Below, in pieces: positions 41,374 through 55,770 of a stretch of 64,000 nucleotides of DNA. Every line of letters starts with the position of its first letter. The stretch's first letter is position 1. A program made the translations under genes and the position numbers. The stretch comes from Octopus vulgaris (taxonomy: Eukaryota), in NCBI GenBank assembly GCA_951406725.2, contig OX597842.1, forward strand, positions 434,001-498,000, given 5' to 3'. The notes below the pieces were generated by a model, which did not search any database, was not told where the DNA came from, and worked only from the letters and a program-made list of their open reading frames with translations.

Positions 41374-41624
41374 TGATGAGCATTTTGCCCGGTGAACTAA
41401 CAATTCTGTCAGGTCATAATAATAACAATCATAATAAGCACCATCATTCTCATCATCATCATCAGCAGCAGTAGCAGCAACAGTAGCCATTATTATTATT
41501 ATTATCATTATTATTAAGGCTGGGAGAATCTTTACCATGCTGGCATTTCGTCCGTCTTTACATTCTGAGTTCAAATCCTGCTGAGGTTGATTTTATCTTT
41601 CATCCTTTCTGGGTCGATAAAATA

Positions 41625-43389
41625 AGAATCATTATCATTATCATCATCATCAACACCATCATCATCAACACTAGCATCATTCCATTTTGACTGTGGCCAT
41701 GCTGGAGCACCGTCTTTGTTGTCAAAAATCATCATTGTCATCATCATAACCATCATCATCACTATTACCATTTCCACCATCATCATCGCTGCCACCAACA
41801 CCACCGTCATCATCATTATCATCATCACTACCACTATCATCATCGTCACAATTTTGTTTGTCATAATCAACACCATCATCAACATCACCACCATCATCAT
41901 CACCATTTTCATCTGCATGATCATCATCATCATTATTCCCATCATCTCTACCACCACCATCATCATCACCACCACCATCATCACCACCACCACCACCACC
42001 ACCATCATCATAATCATCATCATCACCACGACCACCACCACCACCACAACCATCATCACCACCACCACCACCACCACCATCATCATAATCATCATCATCA
42101 CCACGACCACCACCACCACCACAACCATCATCACCACCACCATCACCACCACCATCATCACCACCACCACCACCACCACCATCATCATAATCATCATCAT
42201 CACCACGACCACCACCACCACAACCACCACCACCATCATCACCACCACCATTATCATCATCATCATCACCACCACCACCACCACCATCATCATAATCATC
42301 ACCATCACCATCATCATCATCATCACCACCATCACCATCAACCATCATCATCGTCATCATCATCATCGTCGTTGTCATCTTTGCCAATGTCATCATGGTC
42401 CCCAACATTATATTAATTAAAGTCTTTCTCTTTCTCTGGTACCGGACAAGGATTCTGGATTATTTTTCCTATTTCTTTACTTAATTTTTGAGAGCACCAC
42501 CAACACCATCGTCACCATCACCGCCGCCACCACCACCACAACCATATGTAAAGTCATATTGTCCTCTCAGCTTTTTAAAAACTAATTAGGCACAATGTGT
42601 GTAACAGCAATGTTGTGGTGGTCGTGGTGGGGCGGGCAGTTGAGTGGGAGTGGTGCGTCGATGATGATGACGATGATCATATGTAATACCATGAATAATA
42701 ATAATAATAATAATAATTAATAATAAATAACAATGATAATGATAATGATAATTTCAAGACCCCTGTAGCGGTGGTGGTGGTAGTGGTTTGGGTTGTAGTA
42801 GTGTTGATGGTGGTGGTAGTGGTGGTTTGGTAGTAGTTGAGGTGAAGGTGGTGGTGGTGGTTTGGGTAGTAGTAGTGATGATGGTGATGGTGGTAGTGGT
42901 GGTTTGGGTAGTAGTAGTGAAGGTGGTGGTGGTGGTTTGGGTAGTAGTAGTGGTGAATGTGGTGGTGGATGTGATGGTGGTAGTTGTGGTGATGGTGGTA
43001 GTGGTGGTGGTAGTTTGGGTAGTAGTAGTAGTGGTGGTGGTGGAGGTGGTGGAGGTGGTAGTGGTGGTGGTAGTTTGGGTAGTAGTAGTAGTGGTGGTGG
43101 TGGTGGTGGTGGTAGTATAGCCAAATGCTAATCTATGACAATCATGAGTTTAAAGGAAGACACTCTGAAGGTGCAAGTGTGTAAATGGGTGTATACATGT
43201 GTGTGTGTATACATGTGTGTGTGTATACATGTGTGTGTGTGTGCGTGCGTATAAATGCATATATGAGTGCGTGAGCACTTGTGTATGTATATGTGTGTGA
43301 ATGTATATGCGAACATATATATATGTGTATGAATATGTATATGTATGCATGTATGTATATATACAAATACATATGAGTGTGTGAGCGCT

Positions 43390-43442
<53 letters not shown>

Positions 43443-43483
43443 ATGAATGCATGTGTGAATATGTATGTATGAATATGCATGTG

Positions 43484-43514
<31 letters not shown>

Positions 43515-43554
43515 ATGTGCGTGGATGTATGCATATATATATGTATATATCTTG

Positions 43555-43588
<34 letters not shown>

Positions 43589-44785
43589 GTGTGTATATAT
43601 ATATGTATATATGTGTGTGTGTGTGTGTTTCTATAAGTATGATGTGTTTGTATATGTGTATATATGCATGACTGTGTGTTTATATTTGTGTGTGTATATA
43701 GGTGTATGTCTTTCTCTGCGTGTATGAATATCTATGCATAAGTATTTCTATGCTTGTAATGGTATGAATATATATATGTGTATATATGTATGTGTGCCTG
43801 TGTATGAATATGTATGTATATATAAGCATATGTATATATATATGTATATGTGTTTGTATGTATATGTGTGTGTGTACATGTATATGTGTATATATATATA
43901 TGTGTGTGTAAATATATGTGTGTATATATATCTGTGTGTATGTATGTATGTATGTTATATATATATATGTATGTATGTGTGTGTGTATATATATACATAT
44001 ATATATATATACTGTATATTATATATGAATTTATATACATGAATATGTTTATATGTATGGACTTATATATAAATATATATGCATATATGTATATGTGTAT
44101 GTATGTATACATGTAAATATATATATGTGTACCTGTGTATGAATATGTATGTATATATAAGCATATGTATATGTGTTTGTATGCATATGTGTGTGTGTGT
44201 ACATGTATATGTATATATATAGATGTAGGTGTGTAAATATATATGTGTATATATATCTGTATGTATGTATGTTATATATATATATATGTATGTATGTGTG
44301 CGTATATGTATATATATATACTGTATATTATATATGAATTTATATACATGAGTATGTCTATATATATGGACTTATAGATAGATACATAGGCATATATGTG
44401 TATGCGTATGTATGTGTGTGTATATATATATATATATGTATATATACACACACACAAACATGTAAATGTGTGTGTGTGTGTGTGTGTGTTGTAAGTGTAT
44501 AGCAAATGTTTTGTAGCCAAACACTCTGTGTAATAATAGTTTTAAATAATTGTTATTTTTGCATGCTTTCACTGGTTCTTTTAGCCTTAAGACAAGCACA
44601 ACACAGTGTGTAGAATGTTTGGTAGTGGTGGAGGTGGTGGAGGGTGGAGGGTGAAGGGGTGGGGTGAGGGAGGGAGAAGGAAGAGGAGAGGAAGGAGAGA
44701 TAGAGAGAGGGAGAGAGAGAGAAGGACAGAAAAGGCAATCACCCATGTGCTGTATATATTCGCGTGTGCGTATATATATACACAC

Positions 44786-44838
<53 letters not shown>

Positions 44839-45328
44839 TACATACATAACTATATATGCATATATAGTAAATTTGCATATATATATATATATATATAAAT
44901 CTTGCATCTATGTGTATGTATATATATGCATGTGTGTGTATATATATATATACATACATACATAACTATATATAGTATATATAGTGCATTTGCACACACA
45001 CACACACATATATATATATACATATATTGCATCTGCGTGTATGCAAATATATGTGTGTGTATATACACATATATACAGTGCATATTTGAATATATTTATC
45101 CATATATGTACTTACTGTATATATGCGTTTATATATATATATATATATATATATAGTGTGTGTGAGTTCTATATTTACATATATATGATTACCAATGGCA
45201 GATTAATCACACACTCACACACACACACACACACACACATACATACACACATATATATATATATGTTCAATTATAAAATGGTGATTAAAAATACTTCTGT
45301 CTCTCTCTTTCTCTCTCTTTATAAATAC

Positions 45329-45375
<47 letters not shown>

Positions 45376-45450
45376 TACATATATATACACACACACACAC
45401 ACACATACATATATATATATACACACACATACATACATACATATATATAT

Positions 45451-45495
<45 letters not shown>

Positions 45496-45500
45496 CACAC

Positions 45501-45546
<46 letters not shown>

Positions 45547-45555
45547 GTATATATA

Positions 45556-45598
<43 letters not shown>

Positions 45599-45645
45599 TA
45601 TATATATATACATATACATATATATATATACATGTGTGTGTGTGT
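41625..45645. repeat. Microsatellite field: (CAT/CAC), (GGT/AGT), (TA)/(TG), with internal ~340-bp duplication (~43780 vs ~44120)
   Basis: Directly visible. Confidence 0.9.
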
Positions 45646-45987
45646 TAGCGTTAATGGTAGTGATGGTAGCTGTGTTAAATTTGACTACTCTTCAATTACT
45701 TGAAGTTTCTGCCTGGAGTGGCATGCATCAGATGGCATATCAATGGAGGAATTTCAATGTAATGGAAAAATTGCCAACTTTAACAGCAAATAATAACATA
45801 TTTTTATTCCACAACATAGCTGCGGATTGAAGGACTCTTCAGTTTCTCTCTGCAACTGATACTTGCAAACATAACATAATATTTCACAAACTAAAACCTT
45901 GTCTGTGTGTGTGTGCATGTGTGTGTGTGTATGTGTGTGTTTACATCATTATCATTTAATATCTGCCTTCCATGTGTCGTATGGGTG

Positions 45988-46027
<40 letters not shown>

Positions 46028-46476
46028 TATATTTTACTTGTTTCAGTCATTTGATTGTGGTCATGCTGGAGCACCACCTTCAGTACAGCAAATCGACCCC
46101 AGGACTTATTCTTTGTAAGCTTAGTACTTATTCCATCGGTCTCTTTTGCCAAACTGCTAAGTGACGGGGACATAAACACACCAGCATCAGTTGTCAAGCA
46201 ATGTTGGGGGGACAAACACGGACACACAAACATATACACACACATACATATATATATATATACATATATATGATGGGCTTCTGTCAGTTTCCGTGTACCA
46301 AATCCACTCACAAGGCTTTGGTCAGCCCGAGGCTGTAGTAGAAGACAAAATAGAAGGAAAATAGAATTCTGTATCACTAATTATATATATATATATATAC
46401 ACACACAATGGCGATGCTACAGCATGGCCACAGTCATTGGACTGAAACATAAAACAATAAAATATGATGATGATAC

Positions 46477-46551
<75 letters not shown>

Positions 46552-46779
46552 CAAATACAATAAGAGGCCTCCAAATAGGAAAGAAACTTTATCCTTATTT
46601 GGTGCTTTTGAGTTTTCTACTGCTCTTTCTAGCACAACGCTTTCCTATTTGGAAGCCTCTTATTGTATTTCTATATGAATAATATATAGTCTAATGACTA
46701 ATTCGTTTTTTGCTAGGCCACTGGTAATAACAATTTATTATTACCCTACTGTTATTTATTATGTTCATATATATATATA

Positions 46780-47520
46780 TCGGATGTGGCGTGCAAGAGA
46801 GATGTTTGCGCTGGTATGGTCATGTACTGCGGATGGGTGAGGAGAGATGTGTGAAGAAGTGCCACTCCCAAACAGTTGAAGGAATCCGGGTTAGAGGTAG
46901 ACCCAGGAAGACATGGGATGAGGTGGTCAAACATGACCTTTGAACGTTGGGCCTCACGGAGGCAATGACGAAAGACCGAGAACTCTGGTGGTATGCTGTG
47001 ACTGCGAAGACCTGACAAATAACATGAGTTCAGGCTGTTTCCTGCACCAGCTTCACTTAGAAGTCCCAGACCATCTAAAGTACCTTGCATCACAGGACGG
47101 CCTGCCGTTCTTACCTTGGATCATAGGGCGAACTGTTGTGCTTGAGGAGACCTATTGAGTCAAGTACATCAACATCAGAATAAAAAATCAAATGGGAATT
47201 GTAGTTGTGATACCTGTGCTGTTGGCACGTAAAAAGCACCATCTGAACGTGGCCAAGGCCAGCACCACCTTCACTGGTTTCAGTGCAGGTGGCACTTAAA
47301 AAGCACCAACCGATCGTGGCCACTGCCAGCCTCCCCTGGCATGTAAAAAGCACCCATTACACTCACAGAGTGGTTGGCATTAGGAAGGGCATCCAACTGT
47401 AGAAACACTGCCAGATCAGACTGGAGCCTGGTGCAGCCTCCTGGCTTCCCAGACCCCAGTCAAACCGTCCAACCCATGCTAGCATGGAAAACGGACATTA
47501 AACAATGATGATGATGATGA
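46780..47520 (+). mobile_element. RTE LINE 3' end
   Basis: GCGVQERCLRWYGHVLRMGEERCVKKCHSQTVEGIRVRGRPRKTWDEVVKHDL*TLGLTEAMTKDRELW, followed by the family C UTR and (GAT)n. Confidence 0.88.
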
Positions 47521-49886
47521 TATATATATATATATATATATATATTAAATCAGTGATATAGAATTACTGTACTCTAAAGGAATTCAAAGGTGTAACATAA
47601 TCCATGTAAAGGCAATCCTTGAATTAAATCCACCAATCATTGGATCATAGAATCTCTTCACACAAGCCACCTTATCTAAGCATTATCCAACCCTAATAAG
47701 ATTATGTACGATGGAAATCCTCCAGTATCAACATATATAAACCTCACAAACCATGAATCCGCAAACACTTTCGACCTTATGAGAACGAAGGATAATTCAA
47801 ATATCAATTCCCATCATCAGCTGCCTAACTGCTATCATGATGATTTTGACACCTTGGCAGTATATGTATGAACATATGTGTGTTTGTGAGCATTTGTTAC
47901 TGTCTCCTTACTGGATGTGATTATTGTAAATGAGTGTTATCATCATGCAAGTGTTGTCTTTTATTTCCAGTCTTCCATGAAAATCATGTGTGGCCATGGA
48001 GAAATATTACCTGGCTTGGAAATGGGTGTTGGCAATAGGAAGGGTTTCTGTACATAGAAAATCTGCCTCAACAAGTTCTGTCCAACCCAGCAAGCATGAA
48101 AAAGTGGGTGTTAAAACTATGATGATGATCATGATCATCATCAACATCATCATCGTTTAATGTCTGCTTTCCATGCGTTGGATGGTTTGACTGAGGACTG
48201 GCAAGCCAGAAGTCTGCACCAGGCTCCAGTCTGATCTGGCAAAGTTTCTACAGCTGGATGCCCTTCCTAATGTCAACCACTCCGAGAGTGTAATGGGAGC
48301 TTTTATGCGCCACCGGCATGAGGGCCAGTAAAGCAGTTCTGGCAATCATCATCATCGTCGTTTAACGTCCGTTCTCCATGCTAGCATGGGTTGGACGGTT
48401 CGACCGGGGTTCTGGGAAGCCAGAAGGCTGCACCAGGCTCCAGTCTAAATTTGGCAATGTTTCTACAGCTGGATGCCCTTCCTAACGCCAACCACTCCGT
48501 GAGTGTAGTGGGTGCTTTTTACGTGCCACCTGCACAGGTGCCAGGCGGGGCTGGCAACGGCCACGGTCAGATTGGTGTATTTTATGTGCCACCGGCACGG
48601 AAGCCAGTCGAGGCGGTGCTGGCATCGGCCACGAGTCGGATAGTGCTTTTTACGTATCACCAGACCAGGGATCCTGGCTGGTTCAATTCGATAAAATGTG
48701 TTTTTTACATGCTACCAGCATGGGAGCCAGTACAGTGGCACTGGTGGCAACCACGCTCAAATGCTGTTTTTCATGTGCCAGTGAGGCGACGTTGGCAACG
48801 ATCATGCTCAATTAGTGCTTTTTACATGCTACCAGCATGGGAAGATGATAAAATATTTATGTATGAGTGTGTGTATGTGTATATATAACAAGAGCACTCA
48901 GAGGGCATAAACCTCTGCCAAGGCAACACCAATGTCCTCTCAACGATTAGCCAGAGATGATTTTTAAAATGAGAATATCTGAAATGAACTCAACTGCTCT
49001 CAGAAATGAGAATATTAAAAATGAACCCAACTGCTCTCAAAAAGTAAGTAAAAAAATAAACAGGAAAAATACTCCAGAATCCTTGTTTGGTACTGGATTG
49101 ATCCCAAAATCTAATCAGTTTGTGCCACTAACAAGGCCAAACGTCCCTGAAAGTTTCATGCAAATCCATTCAGCAGTTCTTGAGATATCTTGTCCATGGA
49201 CTAACAAACATAACTGAAAACAATACCTTCGCCTTCACAAAGGCAGAGATAATAATAATAATGATGATGATGATCCTTTCTACTATAGGCACAAGGCCTG
49301 AAACTTTGAGGGAGGGGATAGTCGATTACGTCAACATTAGTCTACAACTGGTACTTATTTTATACACTCCAAAAGGGTGAATTCAGAATGTAAAGATGGA
49401 CAAAATGTCGCTAAGCATTTTGCCCGGTGTGCTAATAACAATTCTGCCTCCTCATTGCCTAACTAACGATAAGGATGATTCAAAATTTTGGCACAAGACC
49501 AAAAATTTTAGTGGGTGTGGCTTTCTCTATTACATCAACCCCAGTTTTGTATTTTATTGGTTCTGAGACCCTGCAAGGCAAAGTAGACCTCGGCAGAATT
49601 TGAACTCAGATTGTAAAGAGTTAGAAAAACACTGCTAAGCATTTTGTCCATCACTTCAATGAGTCCCCTTGCTTGCTACCTTCACAATAACAATATTAAT
49701 AATCCTTTCTACTATAGGCACAAGGGCTGAAATACTGGTGGGGTGGGGGGGTCAATTGCATCGAGCCCAGTGTTTCACTGGTATTTAATTTATCGACCCT
49801 GAAAGGATGAAAGGCAAAGCTGATCAGGATTCTGATCTTAACTGATTGTGAAAGCATAAAAGAAAAGAGGTGATACATGGAATAAA

Positions 49887-49926
49887 GTCACTGAAGAGGT
49901 CACAGGTGTGACGAAAGAACTTTGAC
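49887..49926 (+). ncRNA. Type I hammerhead ribozyme, intact core
   Basis: GTCA-CTGAAGA-G-GTCACaggtGTGAC-GAAA-GaaC-TT-TGAC. 4-bp stem I, 5-bp stem II with tetraloop, all core residues present, minimal stem III, CUU triplet. Confidence 0.75.
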
Positions 49927-49959
49927 AAAGGAACTAAAATAATAATAATAATAATGATG

Positions 49960-50521
49960 ATGGATGCCCTGATGCAGTACCAGGCAGTGGCTCTCATGGC
50001 TTCTGATCTTAACTGATTGGAAGTGTTATCATGTACATTGTTTTGACTTGGTATAAAAAGATGGGCTACAGCAAATATTCTGCTCAATACCACCGATTTG
50101 CTTGTCAGTTGTTTGACCTTAACCAGTTGAGCATGTCCCTTAGTGGCTGACGATATGTGCATCTCTGATCACGAGCAGAAGTAGTGGGGGAGCATCATAG
50201 CCATGTGTTGAGAGGGATTCTTTGGGGTTTGGATAATTCACCTCTGGAAACATGGGTGTTTCGCTCAACATCCTTAAACAACCCTTATTCAGGGACCTTT
50301 TGAGCGGGATGGGTTACTTGACCAGAAGGAAATTCTAACTGGGCTCCACCTGCAAGGTCATGTACTGTTTATCTTGATATGTGATCACCATGTTGTGCAC
50401 ATATGGTTGTGATGCATGTGCCTAGTGTACCCTTATCAGATGGGTAGTCATGATGGGTATACTGGGCTTTGTATATTTTACCCCAGTGTCACTTTGATGG
50501 CATGCACTGCTCTCTCACTCA
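49960..50521 (+). mobile_element. Unclassified ~560-bp element between trinucleotide tracts, (TAA)n tail
   Basis: Second copy at 39690-40200 in opposite orientation. Confidence 0.8.
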
Positions 50522-50568
50522 ATAATAATAATAATGTTAATGTTAATAATAATAATAACAATAATAAC

Positions 50569-50601
<33 letters not shown>

Positions 50602-50604
<3 letters not shown>

Positions 50605-50950
50605 GAAAGGTCGAGAGATATGACACAACAAGGTATGCGATAAAGAAAAAAGAAAAGTCAAGAGATATGACAGGTTAGCTTGGGAAGTTAAGCAGTTGTG
50701 GTTGATGAGAAAGGTAGCAGTAATACCAATAACTGTCGGAGCCCTGGGAACAGTGAGCAAAAATCTCAAGAAGTATGCACAACAAATAGGGGCTGCAATA
50801 AGGGTGGAGCACTTGCAGAAAACAGCACTGCTTGGAACCACTTGAATACTCCGGGAGGTGCTCGAAAAATAAGAGGTGTTACCTTAGTTCACAGGTAGTG
50901 AACAGCTGACACCGTAGTACATCATCAGTGTTGGAAGCTGTGCAAAGGCA
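50602..50950 (+). pseudogene. Second R4/Dong-like RLE-LINE 3' end
   Basis: KEKEKVKRYDRLAWEVKQLW…VIPITVGALGTVSKNL…EHLQKTALLGTT*ILREVL. (TAA)n on both sides. Confidence 0.8.
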
Positions 50951-51179
50951 ATGATGATGATAATAATAATAATAATAATAATAATGATAATAATAATAAT
51001 AATTCTTTTTTACTACCCACAAGGGGATAAACATAGAAGGGGCAAACAAGGACAGACAAACGGATTAAATCGATCACATCGACCCCAGTGCATAACTGGT
51101 ACTTAATTTATCGACCCGAAAAGGATGAAAGAATATTAATGATGATAACAACAACAACAACAACAACAATAATAATAAA

Positions 51180-51495
51180 TAAAAGAAAGATAGATACAAC
51201 CCTCTTATATATGAATGAGCCTGGCTATGGAAAATGAAGAAGGAGAAGATAGTGTCAATTATTGTTGGGCCCTTGGGGACAGTATCAGAAGGGACATTAA
51301 GAGGAATATAAAGGAAATCGGAATAGAGTGCCCAGTAGATCTGTTACAAAAGGTCTGCCTCCTTGGATAGCCAGAATAATCAGGAAAGTATTAGAAAGCT
51401 GAAAAGAGCAAATGGCATGGTACCGTAGGCTGCAGGTAGCAAGTCCGTTACGCGTGCAAGATTGCAGGTGCCCCAACAAAACTTGTGATGAAGAG
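51180..51495 (+). pseudogene. Third, more decayed RLE-LINE 3' end
   Basis: IIVGPLGTVS…VDLLQKVCLLG*…IIRKVLES*, with frameshifts. Flanked by (CAA/TAA)n and (TAA)n. Confidence 0.65.
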
Positions 51496-51532
<37 letters not shown>

Positions 51533-51534
51533 TG

Positions 51535-52735
51535 ATAATGAAATTATTGTATACAGTGCTCAGGTGCACCACAACTTGTCAGAAAGTGCATATAAAGTAT
51601 ATGCAGTAATATGCAAATGTCTGGGAAGTGAACAGTGTATGAGTCAGATACATGCTTGCGTGTGTATGGAGGGGAGAAAATCAGGTGTAGTGTTGGCGAA
51701 TCTCAGGAAGCATGGAAGTTTTGAAGGATGCAGTGCTCCAACAACTAACAACTGATGCCGGCAGTTTGTTCCATGCTTCAGCAACTCTTAGCATGAAAAA
51801 ATGTTTCCGACAGTCATGGGAGCTGTGCTGTTTTCTGACTTTGTAAACATGTCCATGGGTGTTAGACGGGTGGAGTTTGAAAAGGTGCTCAGAGTTATTG
51901 TTTGTAAGATGGTTAATAATTTTATGGGTGTCTGCCAAGTCAGAGTTTCAATGTATCCATGCCCAGGGAAGTAAGGCTTTCAGAATATGGCAAATGCCTG
52001 ATGGAGGGTATTCTCTTGGTGGGTGCTCAGAGTTATTGTTTGTAAGATGGTTAATAATTTTATGGGTGTCTGCCAAGTCAGCTGCCAGACATCGGAGTTT
52101 CAATAGATCCATGCCCAGGGAAGTAAGGCATTCAGAATATGGCAAATGCCTGATGGAGGGTCTTCTCTTGGTGGGTGCTCAGAGTTATTGGTTGTAAGAT
52201 TGTTAATAATTTTATGGGTGTGTGCCAAGTCAGCTGCCAGACATCGGAGTTTCAATGTATCCATGCCCAGGGAAGTAAGGCGTTCAGAATATGGCAAATG
52301 CCTGATGGAGGGTCTTCTCTTGGTGGGTGCTCAGAGTTATTGGTTGTAAGATGGTTAATAATTTTATGGGTGTCTGCCAAGTCAGCTGCCAGATGTCGGA
52401 GTTTCAATGTATCCATGCCCAGGGAAGTAAGGCGTTCAGAATATGGCAAATGCCTGATGGAGGGTCTTCTCTTGGTGGGTGCTCAGAGTTATTGGTTGTA
52501 AGATGGTTAATAATTTTATGGGTGTCTGCCAAGTCAGCTGCCAGACGTTGGAGTTTCAATGTGTCCATGCCCAGGGTAAAAAGGTGTTCAGAATATGGCA
52601 AATGCCTGATGGAGGGTATTCTTTTGGTTGCACGTCGCTGAACAGTTTCCAGACGATTGATATCCTGGGCAAGATAGGGGTTCCAGACCGGTGATGCAAA
52701 TTCCAGGTGAGGTCTTACCATAGCTATATAAAGCT
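51535..52735 (-). pseudogene. CR1-clade LINE 3' end with internal 152-bp tandem amplification (5 copies)
   Basis: MVRPHLEFASPVWNPY…LETVQRRATK…YSERL…RLAADL…HGHVYKV…RKHFFMLRVAEAWNKLPASVV…FK. The marker ggtgctcagagttattg recurs at 51884, 52022, 52174, 52326, 52478. Confidence 0.9.
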
Positions 52736-52921
52736 GCAGAATGATGATGGTGATGATGATAATGACAAAGTAACAATGACGGCAAAATAATTAAATATGG
52801 AAGTAACGAGGAGTTGAGAGTGTTGTTGTTGTTGTTGTTTGGAGAAATTTGTGTCTTCTGGGCAAATTTACTGAGAAAATGAGAATTTTGATATCTTAGG
52901 TTTGTGTTGGGTTAAAAATAT

Positions 52922-52924
<3 letters not shown>

Positions 52925-52956
<32 letters not shown>

Positions 52957-53127
52957 TGTGTGTGTGTTTGTAGTGTATGTGATTCTGCATGTGTGTGTGA
53001 TATGTGTGTGTGTGTGTGTGATATTTCTATGTCTGTGTGTAATGAGTGTGTGTGTGTAGTGTGTGCAGGTGTGTGTGCATGGAGATGTTTGTATGTCTGT
53101 ATGTGCAGTGCCTGTGTATATATATAC

Positions 53128-53173
<46 letters not shown>

Positions 53174-53372
53174 GTGTGTGATATTTCTATGTCTGTGTGT
53201 AATGTGTGTGTGTGTGTAGTGTGTGCAGGTGTGTGTAAAGATGTTTATATGTGTACCTCTGTGTGTGTGTTTAGTGCATGTGTGTATGTGCAGGTGTGTG
53301 TGTTTTGTTTATGACTGTATGTTTGTGTGTGTGTGCATGGAGATGTTTGTATTTCTGTATGTGCAGTGCATG

Positions 53373-53414
<42 letters not shown>

Positions 53415-53660
53415 GAAATGTTTATGTATTGTTTGTGTTGTGTTTGTATTGAGTCTGTAGGTGGGTATCAATGGTGAGTAAGTGTGCATGTGTGTGTGGT
53501 CATGTGAGTATGTCTGTGTATGTTTGTGTGTGTGTGTATGTATGTGTTAGTAGCTTGTGTGTATATGTGCAGATGTATACGTGAAAACAAGTGTATGTGT
53601 GAGCTAAGCGTGTGTATATGGTGCATCTGTAGAGATGTATATGTTTGTGTATATGTAGGT
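52925..53660. repeat. Degenerate (TG)n field
   Basis: Directly visible. Confidence 0.9.
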
Positions 53661-54221
53661 GTTTGTTCTTTTTATTCTTTATTCTTTTGTTTCAGTCAGT
53701 TGACCATGGCCATGCTGGAGCACCACCTTTAGTTGAACAAATCAACCCCAAGACTTATTCTTTGTTTGCAGCCTAATACTTATTCTATTGATCACTTTTG
53801 CTAAACCACTAAGTGTTTGGGACATAAACACACCAACATCGGTTGTCGAGCAAAGGGTAGGGGACAAACACACACACACAAACATATATATATATACGAC
53901 AGGCTTCTTTCAGTTTCCATCTAACAAATCCACTCACAAGGCTTATGTGTTTGTAAATATATTCTACCTTTTTGTTTTTATTTCCATTTTCACAAGACTA
54001 CTGGGATTTCAAAGGGTGCAGTTTAGTGGTTAGAGGTACTTGGCTCATGATCAAAAAGCCACGAGTTCAATTCCTGGCAGTGCACTGTGTCCTTGGGAAA
54101 GACATTTTATTTCCCCCTTCTCAAGTCCATTTACCTGACAAAAATGAGTTGATAGGGGCCAGACTTGTCACATTCTGTATAATGCCGAATCTCCCTGAGG
54201 ACTACTTTCAGAATATTCATA

Positions 54222-54765
54222 TAGGTGCAGGAGTGGCTGTGTGGTAAGTAGCTTGCTTACCAGCCACATGGTTCCGGGTTCAGTCCCACTGCGTGGCGAC
54301 TTGGGCAAGTGTCCTCTACTATAGCCTCGGGCCGACCAAAGCCTTGTGAGTGGATTTGGTAGACGGAAACTGAAAGAAGCCTGTCATATATATGTATATA
54401 TATATATAGGCGCAGGAGTGGCTGTGTGGTAAGTAGCTTGCTTACCAGCCACATGGTTCTGGGTTCAGTCCCACTGCGTGGCACCTTGGGCAAGTGTCCT
54501 CTACTATAGCCTCGGGCCGACCAAAGCCTTGTGAGTGGATTTGGTAGACGGAAACTGAAAGAAGCCTGTCATATATATGTATATATATATAGGCGCAGGA
54601 GTGGCTGTGTGGTAAGTAGCTTGCTTACCAACCACATGGTTCCAGGTTCAGTCCCACTGCATGGCACTTTGGGCAAGTGTCTTCTACTATAGCCTCAGGA
54701 TGACCAAAGCCTTGTGAGTGAATTTGGTAGACGGAAACTGAAAGAAGCCCATCACACACACACAC

Positions 54766-54811
<46 letters not shown>

Positions 54812-55030
54812 GTATGTGTGTGTATATGTGTGTGTCTGTGTTTGTTCCCCCAACATCGCTTGACAACTGATGGTGGTGTGTTTACGTCCCCGTAACTTAG
54901 CGGTTCGGCAAAAGAGACCGACAGAATAAGTACTAGGCTTACAAAAGAATAAGTCCTGGGGTCGATTTGCTCGACTCAAGGCAGTGCTCCAGCATGGCCA
55001 CAGTCAAATGACTGAAACAAGTAAAAGAGT
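54222..55030 (+). mobile_element. SINE family A with 5' half triplicated in tandem
   Basis: Heads at ~54222, 54407, 54591 separated by (TA)n. Only the last continues to the tail. Confidence 0.9.
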
Positions 55031-55304
55031 ATCTGTGGAGCGCTCAGCCACTTGCACATTAATTTTCATGACCAGGCTATTCCGTTGATCAGTTCAGCTG
55101 AAACCATGATCACCATAACCGATGAAATCCCAGTGACCTTGAGCAAGACACTTTATTCCACCGTTACTCCCGTCCACCCAGTGGGCAAAACTGTGCTGTA
55201 CCTGTAATTAAAAGGGGCCAACCGTATTACATTCTGTGTCACAATCTCTCTGAGAACTACATTAAGGGTTACTTGTGTCTGTGGAGTACTCAGCCACTTG
55301 CATA

Positions 55305-55520
55305 CTCTTTTTACTCTTTTACTTGTTTCAGTCATTTGACTGTGGCCATGCTAAAGCACTGGCTTTAAGTCAAGCAAATTGACCCCAGGACTTATTCTTT
55401 GTAAGCCTAGTACTTATTCTATCGGTCCCTTTTGCCGAATTGCTAATTTACGGGAATGTAAACACACCAGCATCGGTTGTCAAGCGATGTTGGGGGAGAC
55501 AAACACAGACACACAAACAT

Positions 55521-55565
<45 letters not shown>

Positions 55566-55738
55566 CACACGCATATAAACAACGGGCTTCTTTCAGATTC
55601 CGTCCATCAAATCCACTCACAAGGCTTTGGTTGGCCCGAGGCTATAGTAGAAGGCACTTGCCCAAGGTGCCACACAGTGGGACTGAACCCGGAACCATGT
55701 GGTTGGTAAGCAAGCTACTTACCACACAGCCACTCCTG

Positions 55739-55770
<32 letters not shown>

